35,417 bases of DNA from Kudoa neothunni (GCA_964304625.1 OZ199840.1:9720440-9755856), one strand, 5' to 3'; counted from the stretch's first letter, positions 1 to 13,337 are shown. Numbers and translations: made by a program. The notes: generated by a model not told the origin, from the letters alone.

Positions 1-379
1 TCGCATGCCAAATTAAATTAGGTAACAGAATCAAGTTGTTATAGAAACAAAAAAATTAATTTCAAAAATCCCTTTCTTCAAAGTACATCGATAATATTTA
101 TTTTATTGTAGAAAAGCTTTTTATATATTTTAAACTATGCTGCGCATGCGCGAGATACAAAAATATACCAATATTTATATTTCTCGAATAAAATGACCAG
201 AGTTAATTATATTTCCAATTATAAGTTTTTGTAATAAACTCCACATAAAAGTTGAAATGTAACCATAATAATTTTCAAAAATATGAATTTTTTTCCATTT
301 TGCATTGATATTTGGATTTTTTATTTAATTTGGATTACGTATAACATAGTTGATATCTTGTTCTACTAAAATTCAAGTT

Positions 380-679
380 TCTTTGAGGTTTTAAACAAAT
401 ATCTATAGACTAGAGTGGGATTGTTAAAATCTATTTTGAAAAAATATCAGTTCCCCAACATTAGTGGTCATGTCGATATTGTATTTAACTCTTCCATATG
501 CATTCCAATATTGAATTGGATATTTGGACGAGATAATTTATGAATCCATTTAGTTTCGTGTTTTCATAGATTATTATTTTCGCCCTCAATTTTTCAAATT
601 ATTTAACGACCTTCGCAACGGGGACAAATGATAGGGATGAAAAACATTTAATCAATAAGTTAATGTTTGGATTATTAGA

Positions 680-711
<32 letters not shown>

Positions 712-1560
712 CTGTAAGCCCCAATTTTTGTATCTTCCTCCAAAAGCGTTGTCCTAAATGGAATAAACAACTATATGTTAGTTAATTTTTATGCTTTTTT
801 AAGAGCACACATAGCGGCTAATTCCATATCTAAAATAATGTTATCAGGGAAATTGACATTCATGTTTTCAGTTAGAATACAAAGAACTTTCTCATAATAA
901 ATTGGGGTTTTATTCGACATCAATGTATAAATTTGTAAAAAAATTTCCCGTGTATTATATAAAGTTAGTGAGATTATTTGGGCACTACGTTAAACGTCCC
1001 ATCTGCAATCCAAACTAACGAATTATTAAGATGTATTATATTAGTTTTAGTCGTAAATATAATCATCCTAAAGCTATATCGCGAACCAGATTCGTATAAG
1101 CAGAACTCTTTGTCCCTATGAGTTTTAATTCCTGATTTGGATAGATCAATATCTGTATTAATTGAAATATTTTACCTCTTTCTTTGGTGTTGAATATTTT
1201 TATAAATCGTATTCATGGGAACAAGGGGTAAACCATGAATATTCGTTGTGGTAGTTGCAATTGAAAAAACTTTACTTGTGAAATACTATGTAGATTGCGA
1301 TGATTATTTTATTTTTCCAAAAAATTCGGCCATTTTAATGTCATCGTCGCTTACAATATGGTTATAACTACCACGTTTTCCAATATTCGAAATGTTATCT
1401 AATGGAGTAGTTGTGAGCCTGCTTCTACAAGCCCTCTTTTCACGTCGTCAATATTGACAAGTCGTTGTAGCGTAATCCTTAACATAAAAATAACCTCCAA
1501 CGCGAATTTTAATACTAGCTCTTTGAGTTTTAAATGCTAATAATTTAAATTTGAAGGTAA
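380..1560 (-). mobile_element. Degenerate Mutator/MULE DNA transposon relic (FLYWCH zinc finger + MULE DDE transposase)
   Basis: Manual minus-strand translation gives a FLYWCH-like FKTQRASIKIRVGGYFYVKD...QY*RREKRACRSRLTT (~1540-1410). It then gives LVWIADGTFNVVP (DGTF at 1003-992), PDNIILDMELAA, SCLFHLGQRFWRKIQKLGL (CxFH ~769-758), LSFVP and YPIQYWNAY...TTN. These occur in the canonical MULE order, with stops and frameshifts. Termini not identified. Confidence 0.85.
686..711. repeat. (TA)n microsatellite inside the MULE relic
   Basis: Direct reading: about 12-13 TA units. Confidence 0.9.
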
Positions 1561-2087
1561 CTCGATACTCATATTCTTAAATTAACTATCGATTTAATCA
1601 AAATAAACACGAGAGCACGTATTAGCTCCGACGAGTTCTCTCCATGCTATTTTAACTATCTAAAAGTTATTACTTATATAGTAGTCATGTTCAGGTATGT
1701 GTGTAGCTCTTATCTTTTTCTGATTTTAAGCGAAAAAATTAAATGTAAAACTCCATTATTTAAGCATTTCTAAAAGCATCATTATATTATAAAATACAAT
1801 TAGGGAAAAAAAGGAAATAAAATATTTTTTAAATATTATTGACATATAAGCGCTGATTGGCCATCACTAGGTATTCGAGGGTTAAATAAAAATATGTGGA
1901 TATGTATATTTATTAAAATAACTATACTTTACATTCTGCGCATATTAAGAATTTGTTTACATACATCAATGATGCATTTTTGGTAATATTTTCTAGCGCG
2001 TCAAGTGGATTAACGAATAAGCAAGTATTCGAGGCATATTAACAAAAAAAATTCGAAGTAATTTATTATAACTATATTCCCTAGTAA

Positions 2088-2107
2088 TTAGTTAGTTAGT
2101 TAGTTAG
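2088..2107. repeat. (TTAG)5 microsatellite 3' of ALG11
   Basis: Direct reading: ttagttagttagttagttag. Confidence 0.85.
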
Positions 2108-2255
2108 AGTAGTGTCGGAATTTAAAAATTCCGGAAACATGAACATGAGAGAGGAAATGATTTAATTACATTCAAAAAAATATGCCAAAAAAGTACCAAA
2201 ATAAATTAAATACTAACAACAACACATAACATCATACAAAAAATTGGTTTCATTC

Positions 2256-3692
2256 TTATATAAGAAGTTTCTCAAGAATGCCAACAACATTGCTTCTAAA
2301 GACACTATCCGAAAAACAGGATTTCATTTTGGAGCGGGCGTTTTTTCTAATTTGTTTCAGGTGGTTTGGAGTCATCGAAAGAATGGTACTGATATGAAGA
2401 ACATATTCGTTGATGGATTCAGCTAGAAAGCCGGTACTAGTGCCCACTTCGCCATCTTCAATAGATGAGTCCGTATTGAGAATATCCAGCATGGGGCCTC
2501 CAGATTTGTGTGCTACAACAACCACACCAGCAGCGGCCATTTCAACAACGCTAATACCAAAATGTTCATCCTTCATAGTGTGGATACCGATCAAGCTTGT
2601 GTCGAGTTTATTTTTAAGTTGGTCAGATGACACACTTGAAAGGAATTTAACTCGTTTTTCAATGCCTAGATCAATAGCTCGTTGAGTGAGACTCTCAAGT
2701 AGTCGAAGATCGGAGTCATTTCGACAACTTCCAATCACATGTAGTTCAAGGGATTCAGCGATTTGTTCATGTTGAAGTGTATCGAGAATTTTTTTGAAAA
2801 TGAACAACTGAGTTTTGTGGTCTTTTTCAGGACGAAATTGCCCCAATGATATGATCACAGGATTTCTTTGATGACTAATAAGTTCTTTTTCTTCCGCCGC
2901 AGAATTGGTTGTGTAATCCAATCCACACGGTGGGTACACAGTGTGGAGTCGTGTGGGTGGACAACACCACAATTTCTCGATGTGTTCACGTGTCCATTTG
3001 CCATTCACCATAACCACGTCTGTGAATTGGCCACAAAAGTAATAGATATACGAAAAAATGTGGTAGTAAATAAGTTTGAATTTGGTCAACAATGGAACCC
3101 GGGCAATGAGGACATTGTTGTTGAATGAGCTCTTTCTATTCCGCACTACTTCCACCATATTGGTGGTGATTGTGGGATAGTGCACATAGGCGACAACTTT
3201 CGAAAAACAGAACAACTTAAATATTGGATACATAAATGGTAAACCAGTGGTATCGATAAAAATATCAGGCTCAAAGTGGTAGGCGGCATTAATCGCCACC
3301 AATATTGATGCCAAATTTTGTAACATCAATGTAAATAAAGGATAACGGCCTGGATTGAGATAGCTACAATATCTCACAGGTACCAAATTCACATAATCTG
3401 GATTTGGTTGAATATCGAATTGGTATTTGACTTGAGAGAGTAAATGATTTTTGTCCAATACTCCATCTGTATAGATGTACACTTTGAGGTGTTTGGATGT
3501 GGATTTCAATAACGAATCCAACATACACCATAGCACACGTTCACCTCCTCCACCATCACCACACCATGGGTGAAAAATTGCAATTGTTGGGGGTTGGGTC
3601 TGCCCGAGTGATTGTCTTCTGAGTTTTTTCTGGTGAAAATATGCCACTATTACTATAACGATAACCAGCATCACTGCGACAAAGCCATCCAT
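2256..3692 (-). CDS. ALG11: GDP-Man:Man3GlcNAc2-PP-dolichol alpha-1,2-mannosyltransferase (GT4 family), intronless CDS
   Basis: 478-aa ORF with an N-terminal TM anchor. Motifs: FHPWCGDGGGGERVLW (canonical FHPYCNAGGGGERVLW), FIDTTG, YVHYPTI, VMVNGKWT, VYPPC, QFRPEKDH, the EX7E motif EHFGISVVE, and AHKSGGP. Confidence 0.96.
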   Translation of the reverse strand: MDGFVAVMLVIVIVIVAYFHQKKLRRQSLGQTQPPTIAIFHPWCGDGGGGERVLWCMLDSLLKSTSKHLKVYIYTDGVLDKNHLLSQVKYQFDIQPNPDYVNLVPVRYCSYLNPGRYPLFTLMLQNLASILVAINAAYHFEPDIFIDTTGLPFMYPIFKLFCFSKVVAYVHYPTITTNMVEVVRNRKSSFNNNVLIARVPLLTKFKLIYYHIFSYIYYFCGQFTDVVMVNGKWTREHIEKLWCCPPTRLHTVYPPCGLDYTTNSAAEEKELISHQRNPVIISLGQFRPEKDHKTQLFIFKKILDTLQHEQIAESLELHVIGSCRNDSDLRLLESLTQRAIDLGIEKRVKFLSSVSSDQLKNKLDTSLIGIHTMKDEHFGISVVEMAAAGVVVVAHKSGGPMLDILNTDSSIEDGEVGTSTGFLAESINEYVLHISTILSMTPNHLKQIRKNARSKMKSCFSDSVFRSNVVGILEKLLI

Positions 3693-6600
3693 TGAAAAAC
3701 CAGGTCACCTTTGGATCAATTTTGCTTTCGAATGTCAGCGCATCTGTCCCCACCTAAATAATTATTTGTTTATTTTGACTCTATGCTGCATCTTTTCTAT
3801 CTATTATTATCTACTACAATATTGGTTAGATAATAACTTCATCCCTGATCAACGAATATACTACTAAATATATTGATACTGTTAAAAATAACATTAAACT
3901 TACATTTTAGAGGATTAATCCCCAATGTGGGTGTTGATCACACTTCAGCTTAACTAATTTAAATAAATAGACCACACAAAGATAATCCTGTATGTTTATT
4001 TGTTGGGTTTGTTGATTGTTTTGAATTATAGATTTTTTTAAATTGGGAACAAATTTTTTTGCTATGGATCTTAAATCATTAATATAATATTTTAATTATG
4101 AAATTTTACTATAAATTTACTGCTCACGCATTGCAAATTCTAATTCATAATGAATGAAATAATCAAATTCAATCACAGGGTAATATTTGATTATTTATAA
4201 TCCGATTTGTATCCTTATATTATTAGCGATCAAGCATTCTCCTAACTATAAATCAAATATGAGTCAATATATTTTAACTATTGTTGCCTAAATAAGTTTA
4301 TGTTTCGTAGTCTTTGATGTTTATTTTATGTTTTATTGAAGATTAAAATTAAACACAGTTCCCTAACCTAACCTACCTTACTAAGTGTTTAACTTATTGG
4401 ACTGTTTATGGAGCTACGCACTTATGTAGCTTACGTAGTATTTTCTAGGCAAATAGCAACTGTCATCATGCGTCAATTTCATAAAATCTAGCTGATTGAA
4501 TTAATGCATTTATAATATTGTTTAGTTATTTCGTGGTTTTTCATAATTATTGGGGGAACATATCGTCCATATGGTAATTAGAAATGTTTATTTATTTATT
4601 TCATGTCTAAATATCAAGAAATATGATTTGATTTTATTGAAGAACTAAATAATAATTATTTTCATAAAAATGATAACTTATATAATTTTTTAAGATTATT
4701 TAATTAAAACACTTATCAAATATAATATTGCCACATGACAATAAGCATTAACCTTCTGTTCAAAACTTTAATGATTACAAAAATCACGAATTACATTTAT
4801 TTATAAAAATTATAGATTTTAATTTAAAATTTATTCTTTCTGTATAAATAAAATAATAAGTATAAGTGAATTTAGTGGAAAAAAATTCCCTGTTGATTTT
4901 TCGAAAAAATTCAAATCATGTTACATTTTTAAAACGGAATAATTTTGGTAATCGTCACATAACCTACATTATAATTTTTAATTTTTAAAGTAATTAATAT
5001 TTATCGCGTGGAAAGATCGATCGTCGTCGTTCTGTTTATTACTCAAGATTTTCTCTGCGTTTTAAAAAGATACAACAATAATTTTCTTATTTAATGTATT
5101 AAAAAATAATTCAAACTTTAAATTAAGGTAAAAAATATACAATGAGAAATAATAAAAAAAAATTTTATGTTGGCTTACGTTAAAATTCGGCGCACAAGAG
5201 TTATTGAAGCTTCGCAATAAAGCGTAAAATAAGCATTGAGAACTTATTAATACAATGTGATTTTAAAATATGACTACATTTTTCCTATAATCGGTTTAAA
5301 AAAATTCCTTTTTACTCTAATAAATAAAAATTCCGATTTTTAGTAATTAATCTTTTTAAATATTTAATTCAGATAGCGATTTAACGGTAAATAGTTAAAT
5401 GAATTTTTTAATAATATAAAAAACTTTCAAATACCCATGTAATCATACCCGCGGAAAAATTTAATGATAATTAACATTCCAAAGACAAACTAATTTTAAT
5501 TATTCACGATAATCCCCTGCCAATATGGGATAAAACGTTCTAAAGAATCATTAGATTCTTCCATATTATATTATTTTCCTCACCCCTCCCACATATGAGT
5601 ACAACGCCACAACCCTCCACAAAAAGAGATTGAAAATTGATTTATTTTTACTAAAATTACTTAACAAAGCATTCGATTTTAAGAAGAAAATCATTGTAAA
5701 TCAGATAAACAATACTGATTGCAAATTAAATATTTTCACATTTTTCTCGTCTTTTATTGACAATAATATTGTCAACCGAAACTCTTAATCAAACAAAAAT
5801 ATGCATCGATCATTACATGTAATTCGACTAAATATATTAATATTTTATTGTAAAATTTTAGATACGCATAAGTGCGCATGCATGGAATATTGTATTTTGT
5901 AAATTTCTGTTTTAATCAGAAATTAAATATTAAATGAGGAAAGTAAAAATATGAATCCTTCTTTAACGTAAAGTTATTGTTTATATAATTTTTTAGTACA
6001 AATCAATTTTAGTAGAAGTATAAAGTCTAAAATAATTCAACATCAAAATAAAAAACTTAGTTTAAACACTAGTTAAGAATAACTTTTATTTTACTTTAAG
6101 TTTTTTTAACTCTGCCAGTACTGACTACGGTAGTCCAAGACCTCAAAATGACTATTTTGTTTCTACATTAATGTATGTTTGGTAATTTACTTTGAAAATT
6201 CTCAAGCTCCTATATTAAGTGAGTTTCTAGCTGAAAATAAAATTTATAATTTATCGGCTAAAGATTAACGCCTAAAATACGACTTAGTTTTTCAATTTTC
6301 ATTTGATATTTGTTGTATTATTTTCTAAAGCTCGTGTATTTATAATAAATATTAATTTCTCTCATCAAAATCAAAATTTTTGATCCAAACTAAAACGCAA
6401 ATCGTGAAAAGCAATATTTATTTTTGAATATAATCCACAATAAGATTAACGATAATTAATCCGATTAATTATTCAATTTGTTTTTGCTTTCGCATATTGG
6501 AGTAAAAATTTTTTTATAAATTCTTTATTTTTGCTGGGGTCTAATATGAGTTCTTAAAACAATATATGGATTTAGAAAACTCTTTAATTGCTAATATAAG

Positions 6601-7983
6601 GGTTGTAACCAAATTCAATTAATGCGCGGTCAGCAATATAGTGATATCGCAGGTTTGAATTTCGGCCACGACCATTCATTCCATCTATCAGAAAATAAAT
6701 ACTATAATGAAATATTCTATGCTTTTTTTCATATGTCATCAATTCACTTGTTAATAACACTAATCCTAAATTTTATTATATCACCGACTATTACCGAGGG
6801 AATGTCTACACTCAAATATATGTATTTGGTGTTTACTGCGTAAATGTTCATCCATCTTATTTGATGATGAAAATCAACATTATCGATTTTTTAAGGAGTG
6901 TAAAATATAACTTTGTGTCTTTAGTTTAACATTATATTAATAATGTTGCTGATAAATGAATTCATGTAAATAACTCCAGATACGGCACTCTGCTGTATAT
7001 TTGCTAGGGAATTGTTTTCAATATATAAAATTGAGATAAATTGAATAAGCATAAAGCTTATTTTGTCTGGGGTCAAGAAATACCTCAGCCCGTGCATGGC
7101 GCATGCGTTTTATTTCGGAAGTTAATGTTAATGTTAATGTAGGGGAGGTTAAAAACAGTGAAATATAATTCTTAATAATTCCACCGATTTTAAAATAATT
7201 TATAACTTTTTAGGTTTGAATACAGATGATTTTAATTTTATAATTTTATATTGAATATTGAATGAAAAAGACAAAAATAATAATTATTATTCATATATTA
7301 ATAAATAGAAATAGAAATAATACATTGGAAACAAATTAATTTTCAACAAAATTCGTTGAGGGATAATTTATTTATCAGACTCATTTTAGTTTCGATTTCG
7401 CACGAATCGAGCGTGATATATTCTCCAGATAGATTCCGATTACTTAGAATTGTTTCATTGTGTAAAAAACATGCTTGGACGTACAATTTTTTGGTTAACT
7501 CAAAATATGAATCTCAGACTCTCAGTAATTGTCTCCCAGACCCCCGATCTATCCTACCTATCCTATGTTTGACATCGAATGTAAAGTTTCCTTAAATTAA
7601 ATATTTATACTCAATTAATTGATGTATATTTTTATTCTAAAATAAGACAACAAAATCATAGTTAACTGCTTGGTTTAGCTTCTTTTATTTACTTCCGAGA
7701 AGCCGTGGGACCAAATTCCTGCGGAAACGTAAGGATTATCGTCAGAAACAGCAATGAATTTAAAATACTAAACGCATCACAAAGTAAATATCTATCGAAT
7801 TTAATTAAGTATATCCTAAGTTATCTATCCAACTAGTGATTGAATGAGCACTGATTTTTTAATGGAGAAAATAAACTGGAAACTATTATGTAGAAATTTT
7901 TTAGTTTCTCATGTAATTTAAGAACTTGAACAAAATTTAAGTGATTACAATTGATAATAACTAAGCAATTTGCAGCTTTCACA

Positions 7984-9839
7984 TCAAATAATATCATTCA
8001 AACAGTAACAGTGTATTTTTAACATTCTAAACAAATAACTGACTATTGAATTAAGGCTAAGGAGGAAAGTTATCACTCGATTGAGTACTCGGGGTATGTT
8101 CTGAAGATGGCAGAGGGATAGAATTATTAAGAGTGAATTGCGTATTCTGAGCCAAAAACACCCTAACAACAGAATGTCTAAATCTTGCTTTTCTAAATCA
8201 AGAAGCATGATAAGGAGAAATGGATTCAGCCAAAAATATTACTCCAAATTTCGAAGCCATTTCAGTACCTCGATTTTCGAGTTACAGAACAAAATAACTG
8301 CAGGTTTCAAAACTAATGTCATGAGATTTATCAAAACCACAGTAACAAAATTATATCACTTTTGGTATATGTCCTCAAGGGTTGTTGTTTAAAAATACCA
8401 AAGTTGTTCGAATATTTCGGAAGAAGAATAAATCCATCCTTGATATATATAATATATAATATAACAGATGTATTTGGACAATGTAGATTACTTGTTTGTC
8501 CGCATCATAAACACAATATCTAATTTTCTCCAATGGAATCAAATACTTGGGATTTATAGCCTTTTTAATGACTTTAACAGCGGCGCATTATTTATTAATT
8601 ACCTCTTCGTTGGGAAAGATATAAAGATAATAGCTGGTAAGTATAGCATATGATTTCTTTTCTAAAATAATAAAAAATATCATAAATAAATAAATAAATC
8701 CAAGAATTGTTCCTATATACCGAATGCATTGAGATAACCTTGATATATAATAACTTCCTCGAAAATGTTGCAATTATTTGTGGTTGGTCTATTATCATTC
8801 CCTTCAAAAATCACCTTTCTATTCACATCTTTATACAGATCCTAATTTTTCAAGTTGAATCATTGATTTGATATACACCAAAATATAATATTACTTTAAT
8901 TAAAGTCATATCAAACACACTCAATTGATAATCCATTGTTGCTTGCTTAAGGTATTCCACCATGGTCAACTATTCATATCCATGGTGAAAGAAATACTTT
9001 ACAAATTTGTTACCCTAGGAAGCAACCCATTGGTATGGAGAGATAGGTTCAAAAACATTGTCGAATAAAACAAATATTCAACATTGTCTATTTGATTGAT
9101 TAACAAGTCTATTAACTATTTATTAGATTTCTCACTTAAACCAATATCAGATCTATAAAAATTTTGGGAGTGATATCGGTTGGAGATCATTTTGATAATT
9201 TTTTCGCATTGATGATGATCTCTAGGTATGTGTACGAATTCGGCCACCAATCTATTGATGCGTAATATAAGGATAAATTTATGTGCACACTATATGATAA
9301 AAATAAGGCTTACCTAAGAACCTCTGAAGGCAGCATGTGTTGGAAGTCGAAAAAATGAAAATATAAGTTTGAATAGTTATCATTGGTCAATTTTCTAGAT
9401 TTATGATCAAATACTTTAATACTAGTCAATTTAATTACTCGGCACATATAAAGTCTGTAAATTTATGTTTATCAAAATATTGTTCACTCAGATAGATTAA
9501 CGAAGGCACTGACACAGGGAATTCTTTTATTGAAACCCATTGTTCACTTAGATCCTTCATTCGAGCTATCGCCTATTTTATTAGAGTTTATTAGAATCGG
9601 TTAGTCAATTGTGTGTAGGTTTACATTTTCGGGGTCTATTGAAAATAAAATGACTATATTTTCAAAATTCGCTTCACAATTATTGTAGATTTTATCGCTA
9701 AACATGTTCCGCTGTTTTTCCAACATATAAACAATAAATCATACGTCAGATCATCATTGTTGTAGTATTTTTCATCTATTGGTTTGATGTTGGAATTGTT
9801 TCGACAGAACGCATGGAAACAATTGAAAAGCCCTAACAT
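7984..9839 (-). CDS. Multi-exon Sec7 + PH domain ArfGEF-like protein (cytohesin/ARNO-like); both ends uncertain
   Basis: Removing 12 GT-AG introns gives one continuous frame. Introns (plus coordinates): 9698-9744, 9573-9624, 9395-9438, 9252-9313, 9088-9135, 8970-9013, 8842-8894, 8662-8720, 8561-8602, 8439-8491, 8313-8359, 8193-8242. Sec7-like part: LFSIDPENAI...FDKHKFTDFICAE...FFDFQHMLPSEVLRLVAEFVHIPRDHHQCEKIIKMISNRYHSQN...LFYSTMFLNLSLHTN...LTMVEYLK...LIKDLYKDV. PH-like part: YQGYLNAFEKKSYAILTSYYLYIFPNEEAINPKYLIPLEKI...ILFCNSKIEVLKWLRNLEKA. Further exon-like blocks extend to ~10800 upstream and ~7350 downstream but could not be joined unambiguously. Confidence 0.85.
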
Positions 9840-11549
9840 CCTTATAGACAGCAGAGAGGATTTCAGCCAGTGGGTGTTAACAGAATTCTTACTTTATGAA
9901 ATTCAGGGTTAAGCCTCTAAGAGGATTGTAACGTAATTTTTAGTAACCTCTGATTTAGTTAAACAAATAGGTTCACTTCTGGAGTATTGTAGTTTAGCTG
10001 TATTATCTATAATTTGAACATAAACGTCATTTTTATAGTTTAAAATCGCACAATACAGGAATCAATTGGGCGAAAGTTAGTTCACTGAGTGGGGATTTTA
10101 ATAATACCCTTGCATTAGATTATGATAATAAAAACAAAAAAAATTAATTATACATGTTTTAACTGTAAGATCTTCAGGAATTTGTTTTTTATTGAATTTC
10201 TGGTTGTTTTTTCCTGTGTTTGGCTAATTTCACAATGATTATAGTGGTGTTAATCGGAAGAATCAGTCGAATCAACAAACTTGTGCAAATTACTCATGGA
10301 AAATTTGTGAATTCATCTGTTTAACATGGTTTTGAGTAAAATAAAATCATATATTTATAAATGCTTCCCGATCAACCATCACTTGTTTAGCTACTGTTAT
10401 GTTCTAGAGTGGTCACTACCTAGCCTTTTCATTTAATTCTTAATACATAAAATACAACAAATTTTATTCCTCTAATTAGTTTAAGGAAATATTATAAATA
10501 AAATGAAAATAGACATTGAGAGGTTTAGTAGCCCAATAATAGTAAATACAATAATCCTTTTGATGCCGAAAAAGGAAATCTTGTGTGAACAAACATACAT
10601 CTAATAACACCAAAATAATAATAGAAACAACGAAGAAAAACTTATTAAAAATATTATAAGCTAATTTACCAATGCTTTTCATTTAAAACAAAATTTCATC
10701 TAACAAAGCTGCAAGTAAACTACGTCCAGAATAGATTTTCGTTGTAATCCTCTACTTGAAGATGATATGGTATTAGATTGATTATCTATCAAAATTAAGT
10801 TAATTAATTATGGAAAGACGCAATAATAAATTTATTTTATATGTCTTAAAATATGTTTTAAAGCGGAATTATGTTATAAGCTTTTTTCGTTAGAATGTTA
10901 TCGTAATGTCAAATAAAATATTACCTGACAGTGACATAATATGTTTGATATCAAGTAAATAAGATAGGAACAATTATCTGGTATTTGTTCTTAATGCAAT
11001 TAAATAGAGTCAATTTAAAAAGCTGTATATGACGTTTTCATTTAAATCTAACAAATGGGTCAGTATATATAACTTATGGTAGGTCAATTATTGCATGTTT
11101 CAATTTTGTGGTTATTAAAACTTACAAACATGTTTTCTATATTTAAACAAATTTTGTTATAACATTCAGAGAAAATTTTTGAAATGGTGGCAAAATAACT
11201 GCACGAACCCGTAATGGAAGATAAATCATGTAAAGTCAAATATTTTAAAACTCCACCTTTTCTATATCAATATTACCCAGAAAACTAAATTAACCTTAAT
11301 AAAAGGTTGTTAAGGTCTGCATTCTTTCCATATTAATTAAATAAGAACCCATTACTTATTGTTTTTATTGTAAAATGTATATTACGAAAATGATAAAGGA
11401 ATCGGGATGTTGCATAACAACAGATCTTTCAAAGTTGAGTAATACCACAAATACTTATTTTATCCTTTTTTTGTTTAATATTTGTTTCAAATAATTTCCA
11501 TTAATTGTATTCATGATGAAATCGTTTAAAAAATAATACTTTTAAATGA

Positions 11550-11850
11550 TAAATGGTATACGGTGCTAGATTTTTATTGAACTAGGGATAATTGTGAAGT
11601 TATTAATAACCATTCTTGAGGGTATAAATCCGTGCGTGCACTGCTATTTTCATCCATTGGCAATAAAAACATTTCCTAAAAAAAGAAAACCATCACCTGA
11701 TAAGTGTATCATTTTCATCATTCGCAATCGGAATAATGAAATGACAATCTTAAGAGAAGATGAATATTATGTTCCTGTGAGAATTCATGGGAAACCTTTT
11801 AGAAGTTATCAAAATTATATTCCAGCATTAATGATTGAAAAGTTTTGATC
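11550..11850 (+). mobile_element. Possible highly decayed hAT (Buster/Charlie-like) transposase fragment
   Basis: VHCYFHPLAIKTFPKK...IIFIIRNR resembles the hAT HCxxH...LAxKxLP...VNFIR segment. Little else is recognisable. Confidence 0.3.
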
Positions 11851-13337
11851 CGAATAATAAATATTAAGAAATAGAGCCTTTGTTGAATTATTATGCTATA
11901 ATAGTTAAAACATGAAATTTAATTTAAAAAATATTAATCTAAATTAAGATATTCTCTATTTAGATAATGAAAAATAATTCGATATTAACGACTGATCAAA
12001 CAACAATAAAGATTACACAAACATATTGTGTAATTATGTTTATTTTTCATGAATTAATATCCATAAAAGAAAATTCGTCTCTGAAAGATTGTTATAATTT
12101 TTAATCATTCTTAAGAACCATTAAATTAATTTTTAATACATTGTCTAGTTAATAATCACTTCTTAGGATCAAGATTAGAAGAGAATTTACTAAATAACAC
12201 CCAATAATTGCTTTAATAAATAGAGCGTTTCGAATAGAAATATTTATAATACTAAAAATACTTACACAACTTTAATTAAAAAACAAATTTAAATTAGAAA
12301 GTGTTATGAGTATGGAGGAATTTTTAATATTCTATATTTCTGAACAATAGCTATTAATAATGATTAACTGTTAATTTTTTTAAGATAATACCATGCAAAA
12401 ATAAAATAAACATTTAAATGCACGAATTGTAATCTCATTCATATTGCTTCATAGTGAAATATAGAAACCAGTGAATAACATGAGGATTATGTTGTTGACT
12501 TCACCATCATATGCGATTAGAAGAAAAATTGGGTTTTATAATTTTGGAAAAAATTTTAGTGTTCCCTATAAGAAGCGCAAATAAGATTATTTGAACTGTC
12601 TCTCAACGAAAAAAGTCATAAAAAACGCTAAAAACGGTTTAGTCACACGCTCCACAATTTCCCAAATATTCATGATTTCGTCATGACGGATTATTTAAAA
12701 TAATCTGATATGGGTAATTATATAATTTACCCTATTGTAAAGTCAAAAGAATTGTTAATCAACTTATGGTACATTATTGCGAATTGCTGTTGATAAACCA
12801 TTTGTCAATGTGTTATCCGCAGATATGATGGATAAGATATGATAATTATCTCAATCCAAAGGTTGCCAATGAATATTTATTAATTTCATGAATAGAAATC
12901 AAACGTCATCAATTTTCGGCACCCGTATAAGATTATAGCCGCGAAGCTGAAGTAAATACCTTCAATTCGCGCAAACGTTCGACCAACAACACATTATTGG
13001 TCACGCAATAACATGAAGATTTCTGATAGATTTATTTAAATTTTATTTTTTTGTAATACGTAACACACTTCACAATTTTAAGAGGCGACAACTAAGTCAA
13101 ATAGTCCGCAACAAAATTATATCTCCAAAAATCTCACTATTATAAAATAATTTGGTTCAATTTATTTGAACTTTCAAAAAGAAATTATTTCAAGTGTCGT
13201 GATATTTGCAATAACTTTATCTATTGACTTAATATATGAAAAACACCGACCATATCCGAACGAGATTAAACCAGGGGTTACCGTGTGGGTTTTTCTATTT
13301 TTTACAGCTCTTTGTAGGGTTTTGTTGGACGTACACA

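Noticed and set aside
2244-3128. Plus-strand ORFs overlapping ALG11, and similar short antisense or alternative-frame ORFs elsewhere (e.g. 19582-20010, 22176-22499, 26254-26712, 29641-29868)
   Set aside because: Shadows of real coding regions with no recognisable motifs.
4361-4380. ccctaacctaacctacctta, telomere-like repeat
   Set aside because: Only 2-3 imperfect units; too short to call an interstitial telomere.
7540-7580. HRIGR peptide on the minus strand resembling DEAD-box motif VI
   Set aside because: No other helicase motifs nearby; most likely chance.
7984-9839. Initial reading of the Sec7-PH region as a pseudogene because of stops in every frame
   Set aside because: Every stop in the core falls inside a short GT-AG intron, and the spliced frame is continuous.
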